The position numbers and the translations under genes were made by a program. From Eledone cirrhosa (Eukaryota), in the NCBI GenBank assembly GCA_964016885.1, contig OZ024744.1, positions 69,688,001 through 69,752,000 on the forward strand: 64,000 bases of DNA, in the 5' to 3' direction. The stretch's first letter is position 1, and each line of letters starts with the position of its first letter. Below, piece by piece: positions 26,860 to 39,756 of the stretch. The notes under the pieces are model-generated. The model was not told the origin of the DNA. It did no database searches and saw only the letters and a list, made by a program, of their open reading frames with translations.

Positions 26860-26962
26860 TTAGAGATGAATAGGGCGGTGGACTGGCATAGAGATGAATA
26901 GGGCGGTGGACTGGCATAGAGATGAATAGGGCGGTGGACTGGCATAGAGATGAATAGAGCGG
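26860..26962. repeat. 28-bp tandem repeat (SINE head plus flank)
   Basis: tagagatgaatagggcggtggactggca, about 3.7 copies. Confidence 0.9.
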
Positions 26963-26983
26963 AATATGTTTAATAAAATCATA

Positions 26984-27075
26984 ATTAACACATGCTTCTG
27001 TGTTTTCTTTAATCTGAAGCCAGAGCTGTTCAGCTCTGGCTTCAGATTAAAGAAAACACAGGACCATGTGTTAAT
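26984..27075. repeat. Near-perfect palindrome containing the 3' half of a hammerhead
   Basis: Perfect ~31-bp inner arms around a tt loop at 27029-27030; GAAA acaca-ggacca-tgtgt TA. Confidence 0.85.
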
Positions 27076-28068
27076 GAGAAAGAAGGAGGGGGTGAGTGTA
27101 CCCTCAGTGGTTCTGTCATAGTCCTGTGATAAGCTTACTGCAGATGGGTTAAAGATTTCGCATGTGTACATGTCAACAGTTCGCGTATGTATATATATAT
27201 ATGTATGTATGTATTTATGTTATGTATGTGTGTAAGTATGTATGCATGTGTGTGTGTATGTATGTATGTATGTATGTATGTATGTATGTATGTATGTATG
27301 TATGTATGTATGCGTGCATGTAAGTATATTATGTATGTGTGTATGTATCTACGTATGTATGTATTTATGAATGTATGTGTGTATGTATGTACATATGAGT
27401 GTACGTATGTGCATATGTGTGTATGTATGTGTATATATTTGTATATATACACATACATACACACAAAACCTGTCAAAGGGCAAAGGAGCTCTTAAGAGTC
27501 AATGGCCATCCAAAATCACTGGGAGAGATGACCCCTTAGCCTTTGTCAAGGCAGAATTCTAGGAGAAGGAAAACTCTGATATAACACCTGCAACCCTGAT
27601 GGTATCCAATGATGTTGACTTGTTCTTCTTTTTGGTAAATATCATCTTGGTTAAGAGAGTGGGACTGGCTTTGTGCAGTGCCTTTGCTCACTATAAAAGC
27701 TTCACGGCACAGGCATTGCTTTATATCTGGAGATCTCTCTGCACTTGTCGTCACATGGTACCAAAGGCAAAGCACTATGTGTCAATAATTGTCACAAGTG
27801 TAGTGTTTGTACCAGAGTTTTCAAGTCGCTGGCTGGACTAAAAAGTCACACTCGTTCAGCGCATCGGTGGGGTTCTCCTACATGGATATAAAGTAGTGGC
27901 CGTACTCGAAAACGAGTTGGCAGCCACCATATTTGTATATATATAGAGAGAGAGATAGATAGATATATAGATATATACAAATATATACACACACATACAT
28001 TTATATATATTTATATATATATTATAGATAACGAGGAATCAGTAATACATCAAAGGACAATCTATTAA

Positions 28069-28158
28069 CATATTACATATGTTTCTGCGACGATCAGCTC
28101 AAGGCAGGATCTGTCACAGATCGAACCCGACTCTGCATTCGCAAGTTCCTCAGATATG
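28069..28158 (-). ncRNA. Type-I hammerhead with extended stem II
   Basis: catat CTGAGGA ..tgcga..tcgca GAAAC atat GTA atatg; inside fold-back 28025-28287. Confidence 0.78.
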
Positions 28159-28385
28159 TTTTGCGTTTTCAAAGCATTCCAACCGATTCGGAACCTGTAA
28201 CAGGTCCTGCCTTGAGCTGATCGTCGGCGAAACATATGTAATATGTTAATAAATTGTGTTTTGATGCATCACTGACTCCTCGTTCTACAATATACTCTGC
28301 TCTGCGTGAGCATCTAGAGCTCAAACGGCATACCGCCTACGGACGCATCTATTGCAACCATACAACAACACACACACACATATAC

Positions 28386-28426
<41 letters not shown>

Positions 28427-28478
28427 TATATACACAATATTAATAAATGGAAACTATATTTATAAAACCATATTTATT

Positions 28479-28535
28479 TCATTATATATATTTCAAGGAT
28501 ACCAAGTTAAATCCTGGTATGCCTTCATCAGACAA
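28479..28535 (-). ncRNA. Minimal hammerhead
   Basis: CTGATGA aggcatacca..tggtatcctt GAAA tatata TA; weak stem I. Confidence 0.62.
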
Positions 28536-28715
28536 AATACAATATATAACAGTTTTACAAATAGATATTGACGTACCCTTTCAAAAAGGTGACCGTTGTT
28601 TTTGGAGGCCATCCGGATATAATATTGTATATCTACTCCAAATATTTGTCGAGTGCTTTATATCAGTTATAAAAATTTTTGCTTGTTGTATCCCAACAAT
28701 TTTAAATAGAACTTT

Positions 28716-28817
<102 letters not shown>

Positions 28818-28859
28818 CAGATAAATTAATAGATAGATAGATAGATAGATACATAGATT

Positions 28860-28907
<48 letters not shown>

Positions 28908-28911
28908 GATA

Positions 28912-28982
<71 letters not shown>

Positions 28983-28988
28983 TAGATA

Positions 28989-29037
<49 letters not shown>

Positions 29038-29768
29038 TATATATATATATAAATCTATGTATCTATTTGTGTGTAATCTGTGCTGTCATAGTTGTTATTT
29101 AGCCACAGGTCAGCCTAGATTTCCTTAGCGACATTATCAAAACGAATCCAACCGTAACCATCCCCACTTTTTCAGACTGAGTGCGTTATATCGTTCTTTG
29201 TGTGTGTTTTTTGTTTTTGCTTTTTTTTTTATTCAGTAAATGCACGATTTGAGAGATATTTAGGTTCTATTTCTAGTAAGTTGGGTCAGTGCACAGAAGC
29301 TTTCTTGTTGCTTTGAATGCTATGTGGGAGGGGGTGGTGAGGGGCCGCTTAGGAGGATGGTAGAGGGTGTCAGTGGGTGCTAACAACTGTGATGAAACTG
29401 TATTTCACTTTCTTGACATATACATAACGCCCACATCTATTTTAAAGCGAGTGTTGCACACCAGAAAGTCCAACTGGCTGATGGTAGAACTTGCATAACA
29501 GGTTGTAAGCTATCTTACTCTTTTACTCTTTTTTTATTTTTTTTTATTCATTTGACTGCAGTTTATATGGGATACTCCCTTAAGGGATTTAATAGATCGT
29601 ATCCAACCTAGCATTTAACTTAAGTCTGGAATTTATTTTATCAATCACTCCCTTTTCTAATATATATATATATATATGTGTGTGTGTAGGTGTGTCTGAT
29701 GGTAGTTAAGATGTTTCCATAGGCAGTATGCTGGTTGAGCACTCTATGCTCTTACAGAGCAGAGTATG

Positions 29769-30038
29769 ATAGAATAGAAAACGAAAAATCAGTGATGCAG
29801 CTGAACTCAATTTATTGTGTTACAATTGTTTCCTCGGCGGACAGCTCCAGACGCGATTTCGGAGCATATTCTCTGAGAATATGCTCCGAAATCATTAGAC
29901 GTGTCCGTCGAACCTGCGGCTCCAGAATCAGACAGATCCACACAATGATCGCGTCTCGAGCTGTCCGCCGGTTAAACAATTGCAACACACAATAAATTGA
30001 GTTCAGATGCATCACTGATTTTTCGTTTTCTATTCTAT
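29769..30038. mobile_element. Fold-back element with a nested perfect hairpin
   Basis: ~88-bp arms; inner 19-bp perfect hairpin 29855-29893; minus strand carries GAAAC aatt GTA then AATAAA. Confidence 0.8.
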
Positions 30039-30110
30039 ATATTATCTAAAAACGTTTTTTTCCAATTCCATCCCGCCCGTCCTCTTAATCTATTTTATTT
30101 CTCATTCTTT

Positions 30111-30144
30111 CTTCAGATGAAGGACTAGCGTCCGAAACGTTAAG
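30111..30144 (+). ncRNA. Minimal hammerhead, core variant CAGATGA
   Basis: ctt CAGATGA a ggac-tagc-gtcc GAAAC GTT aag. Confidence 0.6.
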
Positions 30145-30245
30145 ACCCTCTTCCTGCTATATCAAATGTTAACCTAATATATATCTTCCATATACTGTAC
30201 CGATTGTGTTGTTATTTTTGTTTTCCTTTTACATATATATATATA

Positions 30246-30495
30246 TTACGAAGGAGGTGTGGTAAGAAACCAGATGGACCATAACGCACCAGAGTACTCA
30301 ATACTTAGGGTAGTTGAGTGGGTAATAGGAAAAAGTTTAACGCCGACGGCTATTTCTGGACAGTGGGTAATAGGGGGTTAAACTTTTAAACTTCCGTCGG
30401 GGTTAAACCTTTTCCTATTATCCACTCCTACCGTAAGTATTGAGTACTCTGGTGCGTTATGGTCCATCTGGTTCCTTACCACAACTCGTTCGTTA
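30246..30495. mobile_element. Fold-back element, family F1 (long arms)
   Basis: ~100-bp inverted arms of the F1 tail, between (TA)n tracts. Confidence 0.85.
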
Positions 30496-30598
30496 TATAT
30501 ATATATATATATATGTATATATAACACTATGTACTGCACTCTTCATTATTGTTTTTGTTTTCTGTTTTAACTTATCTATATATATATAACTGTTGTTG

Positions 30599-30680
<82 letters not shown>

Positions 30681-30918
30681 TCAATTTTGCAAAGTCTATA
30701 CAAATACACATTTCTACCTCGATTGACTTCAAACTTGCATTTATATATTCCTTGCGGTCTAAAGATACTGCAGCTTTTATTTTTCAATTTTCTGTTGTTA
30801 AAGGGGTGTTAGTCGCCGGTTATCGATCTCCGTAAAGCCCTTATAATATCTGTCTGCATAACGACATTCTGACGAACACGTCATTGCTGACGTATTATCT
30901 TCGCTACATTCACACATG

Positions 30919-30952
<34 letters not shown>

Positions 30953-31021
30953 CATATGTACTTATATATACATATATATTTATATATACATATATACATA
31001 TACACGCACACATATATACAC

Positions 31022-31116
<95 letters not shown>

Positions 31117-31118
31117 AC

Positions 31119-31327
31119 ATAACGAAGGAGTTGTGGTAAAGAACCAGATGGACCATAACGCAACAGAGAACTCAATACTTAGGGTAGTAGAGTGGGTAAT
31201 GGGAAAAAAGTATGACCTCGACGGCAGAGCTCAAGCCGTTTCGACGGCTATTTCTGGACATTTCTTGAGTCCAGAAATAGCCATCGAAACGGCTTGAGCT
31301 CTGCCGTCGGGGTCATACTTTCTCCTA
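31119..31327 (-). mobile_element. Fold-back element, family F1
   Basis: Arms 31201-31259 and 31269-31326; single-copy tail 31119-31200; between (TA)n tracts. Confidence 0.85.
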
Positions 31328-31633
31328 TATATATATATATATATATATTGTTGATTTCAGATTTACAGAAACCTAGCGGAGATATTGTATAATATCAACA
31401 CGATGTTCCAGGCCTGTCATAATTTACCTGAGTCGGTTCTTTTCGTTGCTCTGGTCACTGCAGCTCGCTTATCGGTCGCTGTCTTCAATTTGCAGAGCTG
31501 TCTAAACGTAATGTTATAACTCTACGGTAAAATTCCTTATTGAGTGCTTAGCTGCATATCCCGACTGCATTCGTTAGCTTGGCTGCAACCAGAGCTTCGA
31601 TTATGCTGTACTTCCTTTTTGTGTTATTATTAT

Positions 31634-32025
31634 TGAAGAGGAAAATCAGGGTGGAGAGGCAAGTGCTGCCTTCTAGCAAGTTTGTTGAAGGGTGGGTGAA
31701 TGTAGCGAGAATGGTCCGAGTGAACGGGACCGCTCTGTAGTTTGAGAAATGGAAAAATTGAGAGAGGGCGCTTGCTCCAGTGGTCAGCGTGGCCGTCGTC
31801 TTTTGTGTGATTTTCACCACGAGTAACCCTCGGAGGTTTCCCCCTTTTCATTGTTTCAATTTTCATTTTTATTGTTTATATATATATGTTTCTATGTCTT
31901 TTTTTCTTTTCTTATATAAATAATAAAAATATTTACACGCACAAAACCCACATCGTACCCCCCGTGTACCGTCCTGTGCCGTCTGTAATGTTTTTCTTGA
32001 TGTCAGCCCTTGTGGCCAATAAAGT
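31634..32025 (+). mobile_element. Tx1-like LINE 3' end
   Basis: Near-identical to 52678-53090; AATAAA followed by (TTA)n. Confidence 0.88.
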
Positions 32026-32049
32026 AATCATTATTATTATTATTGTTAT

Positions 32050-35000
32050 TATTCTTTGAGTTTCAGTCATTGATGTTAGTTAACTGGAAAGTTTGTTGAA
32101 ATTAATATCAAGCCACTACCTGCAGCCTCAGATATTCAGGACGTATCGGAGGGTTCTTGCTGTTCCCAGCAAGCATGCCTTTTGAAGCGTTCCAAAAAGC
32201 GTGAAGGGGCCAATTTTCTTTAACCATCCCTGGAAACTTCTTGAGATAGTCCCTAGTCCTTTTTACCTCCCACTTTAAGTCCTGGTATCGGTTAATTTTC
32301 TCCCTCTCCTTCTCTTGCACTCTCGTGTCGAATGGGCAGGCCACATCCACAATCAGGCACGATCTTTTTTCTTTGTCCAAAGCCACCAGGTCAGGCCTAT
32401 TGTGTTCCAGTTTCTTGTCTGTCTGTATCCTAAAATCCCACAGCACCTTCACCTGATCGTTTTCTATCACCGCCTCTGGCTTATGCTCATACCACTTCTC
32501 AGAATGTGGTAAATTGTTTACTTTGCATAGGTGCCAGTGGATCACCCTGCCCATCACATCATGTCTCCAGCCCTTATAGTGAGTCTGGGCTAGGTGTTTA
32601 CACTCGGACACAATGTGAGCCACAGTCTCCTCTCTCTCTCTCTCCACAGATCCTGCACAGTGGGCTAGCCTCCTCCTTGTAAATGTGGTGTTTCAACCAC
32701 TTCGTTTTGAGGGCCTGCTCCTGCGCAGCCATTAACATTCCTTCTGTAGCCTTTTTAAGGTCTCCTCTTTTCAACCAGTTCCATGTCTGTGGATCTCTAA
32801 ATTCAGTTTTCTCAAAGAAGGTACTATAGGGATTTTTCCTGAAGGCTGCTCTTTCTCCTTGATGTTATTTCCTCCTTGGACATCCCCTGGCCTATTGTCC
32901 CCTCATTCAGTACAGTTCTGAGCATTGGCTCCTTACTATCAGTCACGTATTTGTGTAGGTTGTTTTTCTCCATCTGAACACAGTCCTCTATGCTGATAAG
33001 ACCTCTTCCACCTTCAGATCTCCTAAAGTAGAGTCTATCGACATCACTCCTCTTGTGGAACATATTGTAGATAGTCAATAGCTTCCTAGTCTTCCTATCC
33101 ATTTCTTTTTGTTCAGCAACATTCCATCTCAGAATTCCCGCACTGTACCTAATAATAGACACAGCTCGGGAATTTACTGCACTTATGGCATTCCTACTGT
33201 TCAGATGTGACATTAATACGCTCCTTACTCTCCGAAGGTATTCAGTTCTTATCAATTCCTTCATTTTTTTTGTTCTTGATGTCATCAGCCTCCAGAACGC
33301 CCAAATACTTGTATCCTTCCTCAGAGTCAATTTCCTTTATCATCTCACCTGTTGGTATCTGGATTCCGTTACTTCTGCTTAACTTACCCCTCCTCATCAC
33401 GATGACTCCACACTTACTAATACCAAAGTGCATACATATATCATTGCTGAAAATACGGACAGTGTCAACAAGCACATCCAACTCCTTCTCACTCTTCCCG
33501 AAGAGCTTAAGATCGTCCATGAAGAGGAGGTGATTGATGGTAAGCCCTCCCTTTCCCAACCTGTATCCTGCTCTCACTTTTCGCAGTACACTGGTCAGGG
33601 GCATCAGAGGGGACAGACTATCTCCCTGGAAGATAGCTCTCTTGATCTTCACGCTTCCCAAGGATTCTCCAGTTGATGTTAACTCTGTTTCCCAGGACTT
33701 CATACTTTTGCCGAACAACTGTCTGATGTTATCTGCCACCTTGAAGATCTCCAGGCTTTTGGTAATCCAATAATGAGGCACCATGTCAAATGCCTTTTTG
33801 TAGTCTATCCATCCCTTGGCAAGACCAGTGTGTCTCCTCTTGCAATTCCTCATTACCATCTTATCAATAAGTAACTGGTCCTTTGTACCACGTGACTTGT
33901 ACCACGGGAGTGCTTTCGGCATCCTTTCTGTTCGTCCGGTAACAAGTTGTTTGTGTGGAGGTGATGGTAGATTTCCTCAGACCTTAATGCTTGTCAACAG
34001 TTTCCACATTATGGACAGACATGTGATAGGCCTATAGTTGGTAACATCATTACCCTTGATTCGGTCTTTCATTATCAGAACTGTGGTACCTTTTGTCAAC
34101 CACTCTGGTACCTCACCTGACATCAAGCAGTCATTGAACATGGTTGTCAGTTTCGGGTGGAGGGATGTTATGTTTTTAATCCAATACCCCTGCACACCAT
34201 CTGGGCCAGGTGATTTCCAGTTGGTTAGTTTTTTGGCCTGTCCCTTAAGAGTTTCAACTGTGATACTCAAATCAGTTTGTTGGTGTGCCTGTTCACTGAT
34301 CTCCTTCTGTACTGTCTCAATCCACACTGCCTGGTCATTATGTTTAACATCCTGCTCCCATATTCCTCTCCAGGATGTTTTAGTTTGTTCCGCCTCAGGG
34401 ATCAAGTCGTTGCCTCTTTCCTTCCCTTCAAGCTGTCCAAACAGCATCTTCTGGTTGTTGTCGAACATGCGGTTCTGTCTATACTGACTGACTCTGTTCT
34501 CGTATCGCCTGATTTTTGCACTCTTTGCTACAATACGTTGCTTCAGTTCCTCTATGATAACATTTAGCTTTTTCCTCCTAGTTTTGTACTTTATTTCCAG
34601 TCTATTTTTAGTGTCTATGTTTTTTAGTGTCCCATTCAGTAGGGACTCAAGCTTCCCAATGTCATTTCTTATTTCCCTGATTTGACCACTCAGTCGTTTC
34701 TTCCACCAAGGCTCTGCTCTTTCTTGTCTGTTGTTTCCTCTCGCTTTTATACCAAGTAGTTTCCTCACCGTATTTGCTGTTGCTTTGAGGATATTGTTGC
34801 ACTGGTGAAGGCCCCTCGCCTCAAGGTATGGGATGATTTTGTATACCTTAGCTGTTGTTTCTTTTAACTTTTTCCTGTCTACAAATCTTAGGTTCATAGG
34901 TCTCCCACTATCATTGCTCAATTCATCTACCACTAAGTTTAGGATATCAACCAAATCTTGTCCTAGCCCGTCAGCATTCATCTCCTCAGTGGCCGTATCT

Positions 35001-35640
35001 CTGTTCCAGGTATTATTTATCTCAGCATTCAGATCATTGTCTGTTTCGGGTGGTTCCTCCGTTCTCTCGACCTCTTCACCTTCATTTCCCACTGGCTCGT
35101 TTGCCTGGCATACTCCTCTCTCCATCTCCAAGCTAATCTCTCTGCTCAGTTCCTCCAGTTCCAGCTCGCTTATCCACCCATTAGTTCTTATTACCCGAGC
35201 CTGCCCGGCCAGTTTTTGTTCATCTAATTTAAATGGACCAATCTCGTTCCAGATGTTATGCATCCTTTTCCTATAGCCTTCCTCCTTGGGGTTACTCTTC
35301 AGGTAACATTGCATAACAGTTCTATTCAATTCTTTCGTCCAGTTGGTTCTGGTCCCTTTCCTTCTTCTTCTTCCTCCGACACCAGCAGTATTTGGTTGAC
35401 AGCCAGGTCCCTGCTGCTGAGCCAGGGAGCACCTGTTGGGTGAGAGTCTGTCACATGACATTCTAGTCTCCATTTCACCGTTATTCGAACTATTTAGGTT
35501 CGACATTTAAACACTCATATCGAGGATTGGCGAATGTATGGTTACATAACCACCGGTGAATTACTCGTCTCCGGTGGTTTCGTCACTCCACGTGACTTTT
35601 GTGTGGCATTATCACGCTGTAGACGAACCCAAATAAACAA
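32050..35640 (-). mobile_element. R4/Dong-like non-LTR retrotransposon (RT, CCHC, restriction-like endonuclease), near full length, frameshifted
   Basis: [71 protein letters not shown]; abuts (TAA)n. Confidence 0.93.
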
Positions 35641-35864
35641 ACAAACAAACAGGCAGAAAAAACCCCAAAAATAAATAAGCATAAATTTCATTGTAATGTA
35701 GTGTTTGAATGTCTGACTTAGTTTTTCTCTTCCCTTCTCTGTCCGTCCCTTTGTTTTTCTCTTCATTTTTATTTCCTTTACGTTTTTCGTTGTTGCTGTG
35801 CTACTTTGATTTTAATTTTTGTTTTTTTTTATTTTGACCGGGTCATCAATTCAGTCTACTTATA

Positions 35865-36353
35865 TATTTGGTTGGGGAGGCACAAACTTGCGCAATCCCT
35901 GCCAGGTCCATACCCGACAATCTCCACCTCATGCGATACATCGTAGTGAGAGTAGAGTGTACACCTGGCTTCGGTGGGGCACTGATCAATTTAGATCAAT
36001 CGAAAGCATTTGATAGGGTCGACCATCGGTATCTGGAGGCTGGTTTTGGCCGTGTCTTCAGAAGCTGGGTCACTGCAATGCACAGCAGCACATACTCGGT
36101 GGTCAAGGTTAATGGCCACCTCTCGGAACCATTTCGGCTCTCCCGATCGATCCGTCAAGGGTGCTCTCTCTCTTCCCTTCTGTATGTATTGACTCTCGAG
36201 CCTTTACTGCGGAAGCTGGAGCTGTTGCAGGGCATCCCGCTCGAACCGGGAAGTGGAAGAGCTGTGTCGGCTTATGAGGACGACATCATCGTGATGGTGT
36301 CGGACACCTCGGAAATCGAGGTGGTCGGCAAGTCCATGCCGTCGAACAGCGTT
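35865..36353 (+). mobile_element. Tx1-like RT fragment
   Basis: LINLDQSKAFDRVDH, RQGCSLS, AYEDD. Confidence 0.88.
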
Positions 36354-36398
36354 GTTATACATTCATATATATATCGCTATTTCAGAGCACCAATTCTA

Positions 36399-36514
<116 letters not shown>

Positions 36515-36561
36515 TAAAATAACAGGAGGCTGGACTGGTGTAATTCCTTAAAAGGTTTATT

Positions 36562-36619
36562 ATACTATGATTATTTCAGTGACCGGGTTCAGTATGAATC
36601 CGGTGACATCATCAGGTAT
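36562..36619 (-). ncRNA. Minimal hammerhead
   Basis: atac CTGATGA tgtcaccgg..ccggtcact GAAA taatca TA gtat, then AATAAA. Confidence 0.68.
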
Positions 36620-37053
36620 TCGAAATTTAACAAAGGATTATAATAGACAAAATCCATGGGGCTGAAAAGCAGAGACAGGAGGACGGCCGAACACACACAC
36701 ACACACATATATATATATAACAAAGAAAGTGTGGTATGGAACCAGGTGGACCATAACACACCAGAGTACTCAATACAACGATGTGGGACTGCTCTTTCTA
36801 ATAACTAACTTTTCACTATCTTATTAATTTGTATGTGAGACACGTTGGCTGAAAGCTTTTGACGAGAGCGGAAATATTTATTTTCTAATCTCCTCTCATC
36901 ACGTAACTTTGTAAATCGGTGGCTGATCGGCGGACAGAGTTGTATCAGATTCCAGTTGCTAATCACTTTACTATGTCGGCCGTCACAAACAGTCATAACC
37001 GGCATGGACTGGGGTTGAATTCTGTCGATCGATTGGTTATTGATTAGGCGATA

Positions 37054-37165
37054 CCCGCTGATGAAGCCACATGCGGCGATTATGCATTGTTGCATAATAT
37101 ATGCAGACAGAGGGGTGCAGTGCACCCTACTGCTGCATTAAATGTGGCCGAAACTCGAGTCCGGG
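37054..37165 (+). ncRNA. Hammerhead with a large multi-hairpin insertion in stem II
   Basis: cccg CTGATGA a gccacat..atgtggc c GAAAC tcga GTC cggg. Confidence 0.8.
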
Positions 37166-37424
37166 AACTATTATAGGCACCCGTTTACGTGTGTTGTATT
37201 GAAGCGAATAACTATGTGTATACTCTGGGAATGTATCTTACATTGCCTATTGAGTACGCTGAGATACAACCGGTCCTGGCATTGATAAATGTGCTGGGTC
37301 CGTCAACTCCTTATTATATATATATATATATATATATAATATACTCCAGTCCTACAAACTGTAGAGTGCTTCTTATCCGATATCTGCATTGCTTTATTGT
37401 ACTACAATAAAACTCACCTCCTAC

Positions 37425-37564
<140 letters not shown>

Positions 37565-37954
37565 GAGAGAGTTTCTGACTATAAAATTTCTTTGACGAAA
37601 CTTTGGCCAACTCGAGGTTATAGAAAGAAAAACATGAACCCAAAACCACATGACTACCTAACGAACTCCTTTATCACATAGCAATACCTGCGCCTATGAT
37701 CTTAACTAAATAGCTATGTCGTGGACACTTCTAGAAATTTTTGAGAGACGTATTTTTTTTTCCACTTATGGAGTATAGCTAGTATGCATATATATCTTAG
37801 AAATTATGGAGTTTCTATACCGGTAATATTCAATTATAATATCTACAAACATTGCTTTATGTATGAAAAGCGATGTTAAGTGGACAATGGGCAAAACCTT
37901 TAGAACGTCGGTGGTGTTTATACTGGTTCCTTGCATTCTGTGTTCAAATGTTAC

Positions 37955-38530
37955 CGAAGTCAACGAAGATTTTCATCTATCCTTCTGGTGTCGATAAATA
38001 AAGTACTAGCCTAATGTTGTGAACAGATGGGAGTCTTTAGAGTGTCGAACAGGATTCCATGTGGTGTTTCTTCAGGATATCTGAGCTTTGAATTCAAAGT
38101 TGTGGTTTACTTTCTCTCTTGTTCTCTGTTCGTTGTTCGTCACTCGGTAGAGAGTCGGACAACCTGCATAGTTCTGAGTTCAAAACCCGCTCAGGCTAGC
38201 TTTGCCTTTCATCGTTACAGGATCGATAAAATAAAGTACCAGTAACGCACTGGGGTCGATTTAAACGACTTTACCCTTCCACCAAATTGTTAGACTTGTG
38301 CCTAAATGAGAAAGCATTATTATTGTTGTTGTTTAGGCGGTGGATTGGAAGTATCGGTGGGGGGTCGGACGTCATGCTTTGCAGCATAGAGCTACGTACG
38401 GCCCTTTATGGTCTGAGTTCAAATCCCACAGAGTTAACTTTGCCTTTCACCCTTACGGAGTCGATAGAATAAAGTACCAGTAATGCACTGAAATAATTGC
38501 TGGCCTTGTGCCAAAAGTAGAAACAATTAT
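37955..38530 (+). mobile_element. SINE family A cluster
   Basis: At least three partial or full cores. Confidence 0.75.
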
Positions 38531-38535
38531 TATCG

Positions 38536-38572
<37 letters not shown>

Positions 38573-39199
38573 CGTCGTTGCTGTTGTTTTTATTGTAGTT
38601 GTTGTAGTCCTCGTTGTTGTTGTCGTTGTTGTTGTTGTTGCTGTCGTTGTTGTTGTTACTGCTGCTCTCGTCGTCGTTGTCGTCGTTGTTGTTGTTATTG
38701 TTGTTCTTGCTCTGCTGCTGCTGCTGCTGTTGTTGTTAAGTCTCTCTAGAATTTGTGCACATCGGTGGAATAAGTTCATTGTTATCGTGTTTTTAAAAAA
38801 TTTTGTCTGAACATTGTAGATTGTTTTGTAACTAAACCAAGAACAATAACTCTAAATGAGAAAAGTATGAAGCCAACTTTTCGCTTCTAAAAACTTTGAC
38901 ACCTCCGTAATATTCACACGAACAACAAAATAACAACAACAACAACAAAAAACAATAAGAACACGAACACTGCCAATACCACTACAACAACTATAAAAAG
39001 AAAAACAGAACAAAAATACCAGCAACACAGACAACAACGAGAGTACAAATGGCAACAAGTACAACTTGAACAACAAAATGAATAAAAATAATAACATGAA
39101 CGACGACAACAACATTAAAACATTTGCAGTAATGACTGGGAAAGCCACGCAAATGTTTAATATCGACTTAATAGATGCGGAGTGTTTAATCTCCGATGA

Positions 39200-39667
39200 T
39201 CTCGAAGCTGTTTACCGCAAATAACAGCAACACGGAAGACTCTCAATTGTGTATGTCGGAGTGTAGTAAAACGAGAACAAGGGAAACATTCTAGCTCATA
39301 ATTCTGCTCAGAAGAGAGTTTAAAATTTGGGCCAAGGTGCTAGCAAGGAACTTGTCATCAAAATGTGGTAGGGGAAAAAAGAGTACACATGCGCAATCCC
39401 AACCAGGTCCATACGTAACCTCTACCTCATGCGATGCATTGTAGAGAGGGTAGAGAGTAAACCTGGTTTTAGTGAGTATGTTATCAATTTAGATCAATCG
39501 AAAGCTTTCAACGGGGTCGACCATCGATATCTGGAGGCTGTCCTAAAGGTAGTGTCCCATATTCAGTGGCTGGGTCTCTGCAATGCACAGCGTCGTATGC
39601 TCAGTGGTCAGAGTAAATGGCCATCTAACCGAATCGTTTCAGATCATGCGAATGGTCCGTCAGTCAT

Positions 39668-39756
<89 letters not shown>

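Noticed and set aside
26860-26962. CRISPR-like 28-bp repeats
   Set aside because: No spacers, SINE-derived, eukaryotic context
30868-30900. CTGACGA followed by an acgtca/tgacgt hairpin
   Set aside because: No GAAA after the stem
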